A DNA stretch of 32,000 nt from Synechococcus sp. A15-28 (lineage in GTDB: Bacteria; Cyanobacteriota; Cyanobacteriia; PCC-6307; Cyanobiaceae), in assembly GCF_014280175.1 (NCBI RefSeq), contig NZ_CP047931.1:1950001-1982000 (forward strand), in the 5' to 3' direction. Below the pieces are notes generated by a model. It saw only the letters and a program-made list of their open reading frames with translations. It had not been told where the DNA came from and made no database searches. The translations under genes were made by a program, and so were the position numbers. This document shows, in pieces, positions 18,994-27,164 of the stretch (its first letter is position 1; each line of letters begins with the position of its first letter).

Positions 18994-20798
18994 TCAGCGC
19001 GCTTCAGAACCCTCAGGCGGTGATCACCCTGACGGTTTTGGCTCTGGCGATTGCTCTGTTCATCACAGGAGCCCTGGCCCCGGAACTCACCGGCCTGCTC
19101 AGCCTCGGCCTTCTGGTCGCCACGGGGGTGCTGTCTCCACCGGAGGCCCTGGCTGGATTCGGCAGTCCCGCCCTGATCACCCTGATGGGGTTGTTCCCGG
19201 TCTCCGCTGCTCTCTTCAAAAGCGGAGCACTGGACCGCCTGCGCGCCCTGATCGCCTCAGAGCGGATCCGCTCGCCAAGACGACTGATCGCGCTGATGGC
19301 CTTAGTGATCGCGCCGGTGTCCGGCATCGTCCCCAACACACCGGTGGTGGCATCGCTGTTGCCGGTGGTGGAGAACTGGTGCCATCGGCGCGGGGTCTCC
19401 CCATCCAGGGTTCTGCTTCCCCTGTCGTTTTCAACCGTGCTCGGCGGAACCCTCACCCTGCTGGGCAGTTCGGTCAACCTGTTGGTGAGTGACATCAGCC
19501 AGCAACTCGGGCATGGATCCCTGGAGCTGTTCAGTTTCACGTTGATCAGCCTGCCGATCTGGCTTGTGGGGGCCGCTTATCTGGTGCTGGCACCACGGGC
19601 CCTGCTGCCGGACCGTGGCCACGACAATGACGAGCTGGGGCTGTCGCCCCAGCGCAGCAGTTACAGCACCGAAGTCACCATCCCCCAGGACTCGGAACTG
19701 GTGGGGGTCTCCCTGCACAACAGCCGACTGCAACGCCGCTTCGATGTGGATGTGCTGGAGCTCCAGCGTGCCGGAGAACGCCTGATGCCCCCCCTGGCGG
19801 ACCGCAAGCTCCAGGCCGGCGACCATCTGCTGCTGCGGGTGACCCGGCAGGACCTGCTGCGTCTCCAGCAGGACCACACCGTTCAGCTCACCACCCAGGG
19901 GAACAATGCGGGTTTCGATCTGAGCAGTGATGACCTGAGCGGTCAGAAGACAGTTGAAGTGCTGCTGCCGGCCGGATCCACTCTGGCCGGAGCCAGCCTC
20001 CGCGAACTCCGCTTCCGCCAACGCCATAACGCCACGGTGCTCGCCCTGCGTCGCGGCCAGGAGACCCTGCAGGAACGGCTGGGGCAGATCGTCCTGAGGG
20101 AAGGAGATGTGCTGCTGCTGCAGGCCCCCCTCGATTCCATTCGTGGTCTGCAGGCCAGCAACGACCTGCTGGTGCTCGATCGGCTGGAGGATGATCTCCC
20201 GACGGTGCGGCGCAAACCGCTGGTGGTGAGCATCGCGATCGCCATGCTTGTGCTGCCGACGCTGACGCCGATTCCCCTGGTGGCGGCCGTGCTGTTGGCC
20301 ACCGTCGCCGTCGTGGCCAGCGGCTGTCTTCGCCCCGGAGAGCTGCAACGCGCCATCCGTCTCGATGTGATCCTGCTGCTCGGATCCCTCACCAGCTTCA
20401 GTGTGGCTCTGCAGCGCACCGGATTGGCTGATGCCATGGCCCAGGGTCTTCAACAGTGGCTGGTGGGCTGGCCCACCTACGGATCCCTGGTGGTGGTGTT
20501 CATCGGCACCACCCTGCTCACACAAGTGATGAGCAATGCGGCCTCCGTGGCCCTGTTGGCGCCGGTGGCAGTCCAGTTGGCCCCGGGGCTGGACCTGCCT
20601 CCCACCGCCCTGCTGATCACCGTGCTGTTCGGCGCGAGCCAGTCGTTTCTCACCCCGGTTGGCTACCAGACCAACCTGATGGTGTTCGGGCCCGGGCGGT
20701 ATCGCTTCCTCGATGTCACCCGATATGGAATCGGGCTGACCGTGATCATGACCGTGCTGGTGCCGGCCCTGATCCTGTGGCGTTATGCCGCATCCTGA
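18981..20798 (+). CDS. SLC13/DASS-type anion permease with two central TrkA-C (RCK_C) domains
   Basis: 605 aa. Hydrophobic N- and C-terminal halves flank a soluble segment of about 180 aa (roughly nt 19620-20165) with two RCK_C-like repeats (GVSLHNSRLQRRFDVDVLELQR... and GASLRELRFRQRHNATVLALRR...). The ATG overlaps the hflX 3' end by 13 nt. Confidence 0.85.
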   Translation: MAELISALQNPQAVITLTVLALAIALFITGALAPELTGLLSLGLLVATGVLSPPEALAGFGSPALITLMGLFPVSAALFKSGALDRLRALIASERIRSPRRLIALMALVIAPVSGIVPNTPVVASLLPVVENWCHRRGVSPSRVLLPLSFSTVLGGTLTLLGSSVNLLVSDISQQLGHGSLELFSFTLISLPIWLVGAAYLVLAPRALLPDRGHDNDELGLSPQRSSYSTEVTIPQDSELVGVSLHNSRLQRRFDVDVLELQRAGERLMPPLADRKLQAGDHLLLRVTRQDLLRLQQDHTVQLTTQGNNAGFDLSSDDLSGQKTVEVLLPAGSTLAGASLRELRFRQRHNATVLALRRGQETLQERLGQIVLREGDVLLLQAPLDSIRGLQASNDLLVLDRLEDDLPTVRRKPLVVSIAIAMLVLPTLTPIPLVAAVLLATVAVVASGCLRPGELQRAIRLDVILLLGSLTSFSVALQRTGLADAMAQGLQQWLVGWPTYGSLVVVFIGTTLLTQVMSNAASVALLAPVAVQLAPGLDLPPTALLITVLFGASQSFLTPVGYQTNLMVFGPGRYRFLDVTRYGIGLTVIMTVLVPALILWRYAAS

Positions 20799-20831
20799 TC
20801 AACACTGGTCGTTCTTCAAGTCGTCAGCTCC

Positions 20832-22241
20832 GTGCCCCTCCGCCAGGCCATCGAGCGCAGCCAGGGCTGGCACCGGCGACTCACCGTGCCCCAGTTCACG
20901 GTGGTCACCGGCCTGCTGGTGATCCTGCTGGGCACGGTTTTGCTGGCCACACCGCTCTGCTCAAGCAGCAAGGTGGGGCTGTGGGAAGCCCTGTTCACCG
21001 CCACATCAGCGATCACGGTGACCGGCCTGTCGATCATTGATGTCGGGGCCGATCTCACCACCGCCGGGCAGTTGGTCCTGGCCCTGATGATCCTGGCGGG
21101 AGGTCTGGGACTGATGGCCATCACCACCTTTCTCCAGGGCTTCGTGGTGAAGGGCACCGGTCTGCGCCGCCGACTGGACCGGGGCCAGACCCTGGATGAA
21201 TTCGGCGTCGGCGGGGTGGGGAGCACATTTCGTGGCATTGCCCTCACGGCAGCCCTGGTGATCCTGGTGGGTGCGCTGGTGCTCTACAGCTTCGGGTTCA
21301 GCAACATCCCCGACCGGGGGGAGCGGCTCTGGGCCTCGATTTTCCACAGCATCTCGGCTTACAACAACGCCGGCTTCGGACTCTGGTCCGACAGCCTGGA
21401 GCGCTACCACGACAACGTTGTGGTCAACGCCGTTGTGATGGTGCTGATCGTCATGGGAGGACTGGGCTGGCGGGTGACGAGCGATCTCGCCAGCCAGGGG
21501 GTCCGTCGCAGCCGGCGGAGACTGAGCCTTCACACCCGTCTCGTCCTTCGCACCACGCTGCTTCTCGTGGTGTTCGGCACCGTTGGGCTGGCCCTGACGG
21601 AGTGGCTCAACCGAGGCGAGGTGTTCATCGGCATGGCCTGGCGGGAACGGTGGATGACCGCCCTGTTCGAATCGGTCACCGCCCGAACGGCCGGGTTCAC
21701 CACGGTCCCCTTCTCCCTCGAGAACATCACCGATTCCGGCACCCTGCTGCTGATGAGCCTCATGTTCATCGGTGCCAGTCCCGGCGGGACGGGTGGAGGC
21801 ATCAAGACCACCACGGTGGCGGCCCTGATGGCAGCGACGCGATCAACCATGCGTGGCCGTGATGCGGTGGTGATCCGCAACCGCGAAATCCCGGACAAGG
21901 TCGTGCTGCGGGCCCTTGGCATCACGGTGGCATCCCTGCTGTTTGTTCTGGCGATGGCGTTGTTGCTGAGCATCGCCAGCAATCTCAACGGGGAAGAACC
22001 CTTCACCTTTCTGGAGATGCTGTTCACCTGCATCTCGGCCTTTGCCACCGTCGGCCTCGATCTCGGGGTCACCGAGCAACTGGGCCGCTTCGGTCAGGCG
22101 GTGCTGATGCTGGGGATGTTCGTGGGAAGGCTGGGGATTCTGTTGCTGCTGAGCGCCATCTGGGAAGTCATGACCCGGGACCAGATCCACATCCACCGTC
22201 AGAATCGGATTGGTTATCCCCGTGAGGACCTTTATGTCTGA
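20832..22241 (+). CDS. ktrB: TrkH/KtrB-family potassium transporter membrane subunit
   Basis: 469 aa with a GTG start. It has repeated pore-loop signatures (TATSAITVTGLS, SAYNNAGFGL, TARTAGFTTV, SAFATVGLDLG). Confidence 0.9.
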   Translation: MPLRQAIERSQGWHRRLTVPQFTVVTGLLVILLGTVLLATPLCSSSKVGLWEALFTATSAITVTGLSIIDVGADLTTAGQLVLALMILAGGLGLMAITTFLQGFVVKGTGLRRRLDRGQTLDEFGVGGVGSTFRGIALTAALVILVGALVLYSFGFSNIPDRGERLWASIFHSISAYNNAGFGLWSDSLERYHDNVVVNAVVMVLIVMGGLGWRVTSDLASQGVRRSRRRLSLHTRLVLRTTLLLVVFGTVGLALTEWLNRGEVFIGMAWRERWMTALFESVTARTAGFTTVPFSLENITDSGTLLLMSLMFIGASPGGTGGGIKTTTVAALMAATRSTMRGRDAVVIRNREIPDKVVLRALGITVASLLFVLAMALLLSIASNLNGEEPFTFLEMLFTCISAFATVGLDLGVTEQLGRFGQAVLMLGMFVGRLGILLLLSAIWEVMTRDQIHIHRQNRIGYPREDLYV

Positions 22242-22265
22242 CCGCCGTCGACGGGATCACCAGCA

Positions 22266-22970
22266 ATGAGGGAATGGTGGCAGTGGAGCCCGCTCCAGGG
22301 CAGCGACCGGCTGGGGTTCGCCGTCATCGGTGTCGGTCGCTTCGGGATCGCCGTTTGCCGTGAACTGCTGCAGAACGGAGCTGAAGTGCTGGCGGTGGAC
22401 CGCTCGGAACGGGCGGTGGATGAACTGCGTCAGCTGGAGCCGACCGTGGAAGCCCGGGTGGTGGATTGCACCGATGAGGAATCGCTGCGGGAAGCAGGTG
22501 TGCTGGACATGGGCACTGTGGTGGTCGCCATGAGCGAGCCAATCGAGGCCAGTATTACTGCCACCCTGATCGCCAAGGACAGCGAAGGCACCAGGGTGCG
22601 GCAGGTGATCGCCCGCGCCACCAGCGAACTGCACGAAAAGATGCTGAAACGGGTCGGAGCCGACCGGGTGATCTTTCCCTCTCGGATGCAGGGGGAACGA
22701 CTCGGGCTGGAACTGGTGCGCCCCAACCTGATGGAACGGCTGGCCCTGGATGAGAAGCATTGCATCGAGGAGATCAAGGTGCCGGAGCCATTCATGGGCC
22801 GCTCGCTGCGCGACCTGAATCTGCGCAAGAACTTCCGGGTGAATGTGCTGGCGGCAGGTCCCCAGAGCGACCTCACGGTGAACCCTCCGGCCTCCCACGT
22901 GCTGGAGGAGGGCCATCTGTTGGTGGTGATGGGCCTGGTGGATGACCTGCAGCGGTTGCCCAAAACCTGA
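22266..22970 (+). CDS. ktrA: KtrA/TrkA-type RCK regulatory subunit of the potassium uptake system
   Basis: 234 aa. It has the Rossmann motif FAVIGVGRFGIAV, followed by a C-terminal TrkA-C-like segment (GRSLRDLNLRKNFRVNVLA). Confidence 0.9.
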   Translation: MREWWQWSPLQGSDRLGFAVIGVGRFGIAVCRELLQNGAEVLAVDRSERAVDELRQLEPTVEARVVDCTDEESLREAGVLDMGTVVVAMSEPIEASITATLIAKDSEGTRVRQVIARATSELHEKMLKRVGADRVIFPSRMQGERLGLELVRPNLMERLALDEKHCIEEIKVPEPFMGRSLRDLNLRKNFRVNVLAAGPQSDLTVNPPASHVLEEGHLLVVMGLVDDLQRLPKT

Positions 22971-22981
22971 CCATCGCCCCC

Positions 22982-24121
22982 ATGCTCTGCCTCGGCCTGA
23001 TGAGTGGCACAAGTGCCGACGGGGTTGATGCGGTGCTGGCTCGTTTTGATGGTGCCCCGGAGCGTCCCAACTGGACGCTCCTGAGCCACCACCACAGCCC
23101 TTACCCCGCAGCACTGCGGGAGGAGCTGGTGCGCGTCGGCCAGGGCGAGCCACGGCCGGCCGCGGCCCTGCTGGATCTGGCGGAGGCGGTGACCGAACAG
23201 CAGGCGCTGGCGGCTCGCGGCGCCGATCCCGAGCAACGCGCAGCCCTGATCGGCTGCCATGGCCAGACCCTCTGGCACCGTCCCCCGACCCGAAACCGGA
23301 GAGGCACCAGTTGGCAGCTCCTTCAGGCTCCGCTCCTGGCCCAGCTGCTGGCTCGTCCGGTCGTCCACGATTTCCGCGCCGCTGATCTTGCCCTTGGGGG
23401 CCAGGGGGCGCCACTGGTGCCCAGAGCCGATGCCGCTCTGATCGGGGCGACGGATGGCTGGCGGGGTGTTCTCAACCTGGGGGGCATCGCCAACCTCACC
23501 CTGATTCCTCCCCGTTGCGGCCCCCAGCGACAAGAGGCTGTTCTCGGCTGGGACTGCGGACCGGCCAACAGCCTGATTGATCTGGCAATGGAGCAGTTCA
23601 GCGATGGCCAGCAGCTGTTCGACCGTGACGGTGCCATGGCCGCAGCAGGGCGCTGCGGCGACGCTGTGATTCAGCGCTGGCTTGGGGAGCCCTACTTCCA
23701 GCTCAGTCCACCGAAATCAACGGGGCGTGAATGCTTTGGCCGTGAGGATCTCAAGCGTCGCCTGCGACAGCTGGGGGCGATCCCGGCCGCCGATGCGGTG
23801 GCCACCCTCACCGGCTTCAGCGCGGCCGTGGTGGCCCAGGATCTTGAGCGGATCAAGGCGGGGCGAAAGGTTCACCTCCTGGAACTGGTGGTGGCCGGAG
23901 GCGGCAGCCGAAACCCCATGCTGATGAGGGAACTGCAGCGCCGATGCCGTGGTCTGGCCGTCGGCCGCAGTGAGGGGGTCGGCGTGGCGGCGGAGGCCAG
24001 GGAAGCCCTCGTCTTTGCCCTGCTGGCCTGGTGGCATCACCGCGGCCACCCCGGCAATGCTCCTGCCATCACCGGCGCGACGCGGGAGGCGTGCCTGGGC
24101 GTGAGGGTCGGCCCGGCCTGA
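22982..24121 (+). CDS. anmK: Anhydro-N-acetylmuramic acid kinase
   Basis: 379 aa. The hallmark N-terminus is LGLMSGTSADGVDAVLARF, and the C-terminus has GGGSRNPMLM. Confidence 0.93.
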   Translation: MLCLGLMSGTSADGVDAVLARFDGAPERPNWTLLSHHHSPYPAALREELVRVGQGEPRPAAALLDLAEAVTEQQALAARGADPEQRAALIGCHGQTLWHRPPTRNRRGTSWQLLQAPLLAQLLARPVVHDFRAADLALGGQGAPLVPRADAALIGATDGWRGVLNLGGIANLTLIPPRCGPQRQEAVLGWDCGPANSLIDLAMEQFSDGQQLFDRDGAMAAAGRCGDAVIQRWLGEPYFQLSPPKSTGRECFGREDLKRRLRQLGAIPAADAVATLTGFSAAVVAQDLERIKAGRKVHLLELVVAGGGSRNPMLMRELQRRCRGLAVGRSEGVGVAAEAREALVFALLAWWHHRGHPGNAPAITGATREACLGVRVGPA

Positions 24122-24131
24122 GCGGGCCGCG

Positions 24132-24416
24132 TTAGGGACGATGCAGGCGCAGCCGCCTTGGGGCACCCCGCAGACGGCGGGGTTGCTGGGCTTCCAGTGC
24201 CGAACGCAGGCGCTCTTCCCTGGAGGGCAGCGAGGCCTCGGCACTCTGCTCATGCCTCTGGACCCCCAGCTGAATCAGCACCCGGGCCATGTTGCTGACC
24301 GTGCGGGACTCCTGATCAGCCAAGGCCGTCAAACGGGCACAGAGATCCTCCGGCAGGACCACCTGAATCCGCGGGGACTTGGGCTTCCCGCTTGAGGACG
24401 TCTGACGGGTGGGCAC
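24132..24416 (-). CDS. Ribbon-helix-helix (CopG/Arc/MetJ-type) DNA-binding protein
   Basis: The RHH core is RIQVVLPEDLCARLTALADQESRTVSNMARVLIQLGV. I prefer the GTG at 24416, which is preceded by GGAGAT at the right spacing. The track ORF extends to a TTG at 24470. The C-terminal tail is basic. Confidence 0.75.
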   Translation of the reverse strand: MPTRQTSSSGKPKSPRIQVVLPEDLCARLTALADQESRTVSNMARVLIQLGVQRHEQSAEASLPSREERLRSALEAQQPRRLRGAPRRLRLHRP

Positions 24417-24470
24417 AACCGGATCTCCAGGGGGAGTCTCAGCTACCCGAAAGTGTACAGAGGTGGTCAA

Positions 24471-24481
24471 GGATAGTATCC
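24471..24481. repeat. Inverted repeat GGATA-g-TATCC in the RHH / Arg-rich gene divergent spacer (possible operator)
   Basis: Read directly from the sequence. It lies between the two divergent small genes. Confidence 0.4.
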
Positions 24482-24521
24482 ATGACTATGGTGGGGGCAT
24501 CGGTCCTCCTCGGAGTGCCCC

Positions 24522-24818
24522 ATGCCCGAATCCACAACAACCACCCCGCGCCGCAGCCGGCGCCCCGGTGGCCGCCGTCGTCCTCAGCGCACGCCTGAGA
24601 ACAGTGATGTGCTGGTCTCCGCTGTGATCAGCACCTATCTGCTCACCCATCTGCACCACGTGCTGCAGCGGGCCGAATACGGTGCAGCCCAGGAGGGCAG
24701 AAACTCCCAGGCCGCCAATTACGCCCAGCTGCGCAAGGTGCTCTGCATGGATGCCCGCAGCATGGAAGACGCCTCCGCCCTCGGTCTTCGTGATGAAGGG
24801 CTGGACCAGGCAGCCTGA
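24522..24818 (+). CDS. Hypothetical small protein with an Arg-rich N-terminus and a possible second RHH-like fold
   Basis: 98 aa. GGAG lies 6 nt upstream of the ATG. GC3 is strongly elevated in this frame, whereas the antisense track ORF 24486-24857 looks like a shadow frame. The N-terminus is PRRSRRPGGRRRPQR. It is followed by a strand-helix-helix-like segment, VLVSAVISTYLLTHLHHVLQRAEYG...NSQAANYAQLRKVL. Confidence 0.6.
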   Translation: MPESTTTTPRRSRRPGGRRRPQRTPENSDVLVSAVISTYLLTHLHHVLQRAEYGAAQEGRNSQAANYAQLRKVLCMDARSMEDASALGLRDEGLDQAA

Positions 24819-24823
24819 CGATT

Positions 24824-24833
24824 GTCGATCGAC
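24824..24833. repeat. Perfect 10-bp palindrome GTCGATCGAC in the spacer upstream of the Nif11-like gene
   Basis: Read directly from the sequence. Confidence 0.5.
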
Positions 24834-24859
24834 TGAATAGCGTTCCAGCAGCCGCATCG

Positions 24860-25096
24860 ATGACCATGGCTGGCCATGCCGCCGCTCTCTACGAGCGCAT
24901 CCGCAGCAATCCCGAACAGACCCAGGCCTTGTTTCGACAGGCGCTCCAGGATCCTTCCGGTGCCATGGCTTCCATCTGCCAATTCGGGAAAGACCAGGGT
25001 CTCCCCGTTACCCCGGACGAGGTCAGGCAGCATCTGGCCAGCCTTGACGACGACGCCAGCCGTCGCTGGGTCGTCAAGGCACGCGGTGGGCTGTAA
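24860..25096 (+). CDS. Nif11-domain / Nif11-like leader peptide family protein ending in GG-L
   Basis: 78 aa. LYERIRSNPEQTQALFRQALQDPSGAMASICQFGKDQGLPVTPDEV follows the Nif11 N-terminal domain pattern (compare the prochlorosin leaders ...LKAFIAKVQADTSLQEQLKA...VVAIAKAAGFSIT.EDL). The C-terminus is LDDDASRRWVVKARGG-L-stop. Confidence 0.75.
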   Translation: MTMAGHAAALYERIRSNPEQTQALFRQALQDPSGAMASICQFGKDQGLPVTPDEVRQHLASLDDDASRRWVVKARGGL

Positions 25097-25256
25097 GCGG
25101 CTTCTGCTCCACGATCTGTCCGCTGGACGCCTGATCTGATGTCGGCCTGCGGCGCTCATAGCCGCCGCCACCGGCCCAGCTGAAGAACAACAGATAACTG
25201 ACGATGGCCAGACCGGCGGCCACCACGACTGCAGTCAGCTGTTCCAGCTTCAGCAT
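25074..25256 (-). CDS. 60-aa single-TM membrane peptide
   Basis: I trimmed track ORF 25074-25283 to the ATG at 25256, which is preceded by GGGAG 7 nt upstream. The TM segment is LTAVVVAAGLAIVSYLLFFSW, followed by GGGG and a polar tail. I counted GC3 at about 45/60. Confidence 0.55.
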   Translation of the reverse strand: MLKLEQLTAVVVAAGLAIVSYLLFFSWAGGGGYERRRPTSDQASSGQIVEQKPLTAHRVP

Positions 25257-25299
25257 GGCCTGACTCCCTGATGATCGGCCCACCAGTCTGCCGGCAGGG

Positions 25300-27051
25300 A
25301 TGATGGGGGCTCAATGCTCCCGGCCGGTGCTGCGACTCGAGAACGTCAGCAAGATCTATCCGACCGGGGAGGTGCTGCGCAACGTCACCTGGGAGGTGAA
25401 ACCCGGGGATCGCATCGGCCTGGTGGGCGTCAACGGTGCTGGCAAATCCACCCAGATGCGCCTGATCGCCGGACAGGAGGAACCCAGCAGCGGCCAGGTG
25501 GTCCGCCAGGGCGATCCGCGAATCGCCTTTCTCCAGCAGGAATTTGACGTCAATCCCGAACGCAGCGTTCGCCAGGAGCTGTTTCAGGCCTTCGGGGAAG
25601 CCGCCACGGTGCTGAACTGCCAGCGGGAGGTGGAGGAGGCCATGGGATCCGAGAAAGCAGCCGAGGATCCCGACCGTCTCGATCAGCTCATCCAAGAGCT
25701 GGGGAAACTGCAAACCCGGTTTGAAGCGCTGCACGGCTACGAACTGGATGCACGGATCGACAAGCTGCTGCCGACGATCGGCTTCACGCCGGAAGGGGCG
25801 GAACAACTGGTCAGCGATTACTCCGGCGGCTGGCAGATGCGCATCGCCCTGGGAAAAATTCTGCTGCAGGACCCTGACCTGCTGCTGCTGGACGAACCGA
25901 CGAACCACCTGGATGTGGAGACGATCCAGTGGCTGGAGGGCTACCTGGTGGAACAGAGCGCTGCCCTGGTGGTGATCAGTCACGACCGCACCTTCCTGGA
26001 TCGCGTCTGCAACCAGATCGTGTCCACCGAACGCGGCATCTCCCGCAGTTACCTCGGCAACTACACCGCTCACCTCGAACAGAAGCAACTGGAACAGGAG
26101 GCCACCCAGGCCGCCTTCGAACGCCAGCAGAAGGAGATCGCAACGCAGCAGGCCTACATCGACCGCTTCCGCGCCAGCGCCACCCGCAGCACCCAGGCCA
26201 AAAGCCGCGAGAAGCAGCTGGACAAGGTGGAGCTGGTGGAGGCCCCCATCGAATCGGTCTCAGGCCCCAGTTTTCGCTTCCCACCGGCCCCCCGTTCCGG
26301 AGCGCAGGTGGCGGTGATCGACAACCTCTGCCACAGCTACGGGGAGAAGATCCTCTTTCTCGGCGCCGAACTGGAGGTGGAGCGTGGTGATCGGATCGCC
26401 TTCGTCGGCCCCAATGGAGCTGGGAAATCCACCCTGCTGCGCCTGGTGATGGGCACCGAAACCCCGGATGAAGGCAGCGCCCGACTCGGCGAGCACAACG
26501 TGGTGGCCCGTTATTTCGAACAGAACCAGGCCGAAGCCCTTGACCTGAGCAAGACGGTCATCGACACGATGTTCGAAGCGGTGCCCGACTGGACCCAGAC
26601 GCAGGTGCGCTCTTTGCTGGGCAATTTCTGCTTCAGCAACGACACCGTGTTCAAGGAAGTGGGCAAACTCAGCGGCGGCGAAAAAGCTCGCCTGGCCCTG
26701 GCCCTGATGCTCCTGAGCCCCTGCAATCTGCTGGTGCTCGATGAACCCACAAACCACCTGGACATTCCTGCCAAACAGATGCTGGAGGACGCGCTCCGTG
26801 CCTTCGAAGGAGCCGTTCTGGTGGTCTCCCACGACCGTTACTTCATCTCCAGAGTGGCCAATCGGATCGTGGAACTACGGGACGGCGAGCTGGTGCTATA
26901 CCGCGGCGATTACGCCTACTACCTCGAGAAAAAGGAGGAGGAAAGGGCTGAAGAACGGGAGAAACAACTGGCTGCAGAACAGGACGCCAAACGCAAGGCC
27001 AACCGGGACAAGCAGAAAGCACGCCAGGAGCGCCGCAAAAAGGTGGCCTGA
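25300..27051 (+). CDS. ABC-F family ATPase (soluble, two ABC domains, no TM domain) with a Lys/Glu/Arg-rich C-terminal tail
   Basis: It has Walker A GVNGAGKST and GPNGAGKST, and signatures LSGGWQMR and LSGGEKAR. An inter-domain linker is present. The tail is KKEEERAEEREKQLAAEQDAKRKANRDKQKARQERRKK. Confidence 0.92.
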   Translation: MMGAQCSRPVLRLENVSKIYPTGEVLRNVTWEVKPGDRIGLVGVNGAGKSTQMRLIAGQEEPSSGQVVRQGDPRIAFLQQEFDVNPERSVRQELFQAFGEAATVLNCQREVEEAMGSEKAAEDPDRLDQLIQELGKLQTRFEALHGYELDARIDKLLPTIGFTPEGAEQLVSDYSGGWQMRIALGKILLQDPDLLLLDEPTNHLDVETIQWLEGYLVEQSAALVVISHDRTFLDRVCNQIVSTERGISRSYLGNYTAHLEQKQLEQEATQAAFERQQKEIATQQAYIDRFRASATRSTQAKSREKQLDKVELVEAPIESVSGPSFRFPPAPRSGAQVAVIDNLCHSYGEKILFLGAELEVERGDRIAFVGPNGAGKSTLLRLVMGTETPDEGSARLGEHNVVARYFEQNQAEALDLSKTVIDTMFEAVPDWTQTQVRSLLGNFCFSNDTVFKEVGKLSGGEKARLALALMLLSPCNLLVLDEPTNHLDIPAKQMLEDALRAFEGAVLVVSHDRYFISRVANRIVELRDGELVLYRGDYAYYLEKKEEERAEEREKQLAAEQDAKRKANRDKQKARQERRKKVA

Positions 27052-27164
27052 TCAGCGTTCTTCCAGAACCGGGGGAAACTTCACAGACCCTTAGGCAGGA
27101 CGACTCATTTCCCTTTACCCAGCCATTACGTGTGCATAGGCTGACAAAACCGATCCCTGCAGCG

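Noticed and set aside
25097-25183. Possible stop-codon readthrough of the Nif11-like gene, giving a 28-residue core (AASAPRSVRWTPDLMSACGAHSRRHRPS).
   Set aside because: The GC3 bias of this frame is weaker than that of the opposite-strand 60-aa membrane peptide gene covering the same DNA. TAA readthrough has no support from the sequence. I kept it only as a note.
27113-27141. A sigma70-like promoter guess (TTTACC, 17 nt spacer, TAGGCT) upstream of the twin-CX3C gene.
   Set aside because: The hexamers match consensus at only 4/6 and 3/6 positions. This cannot be distinguished from background without TSS data.
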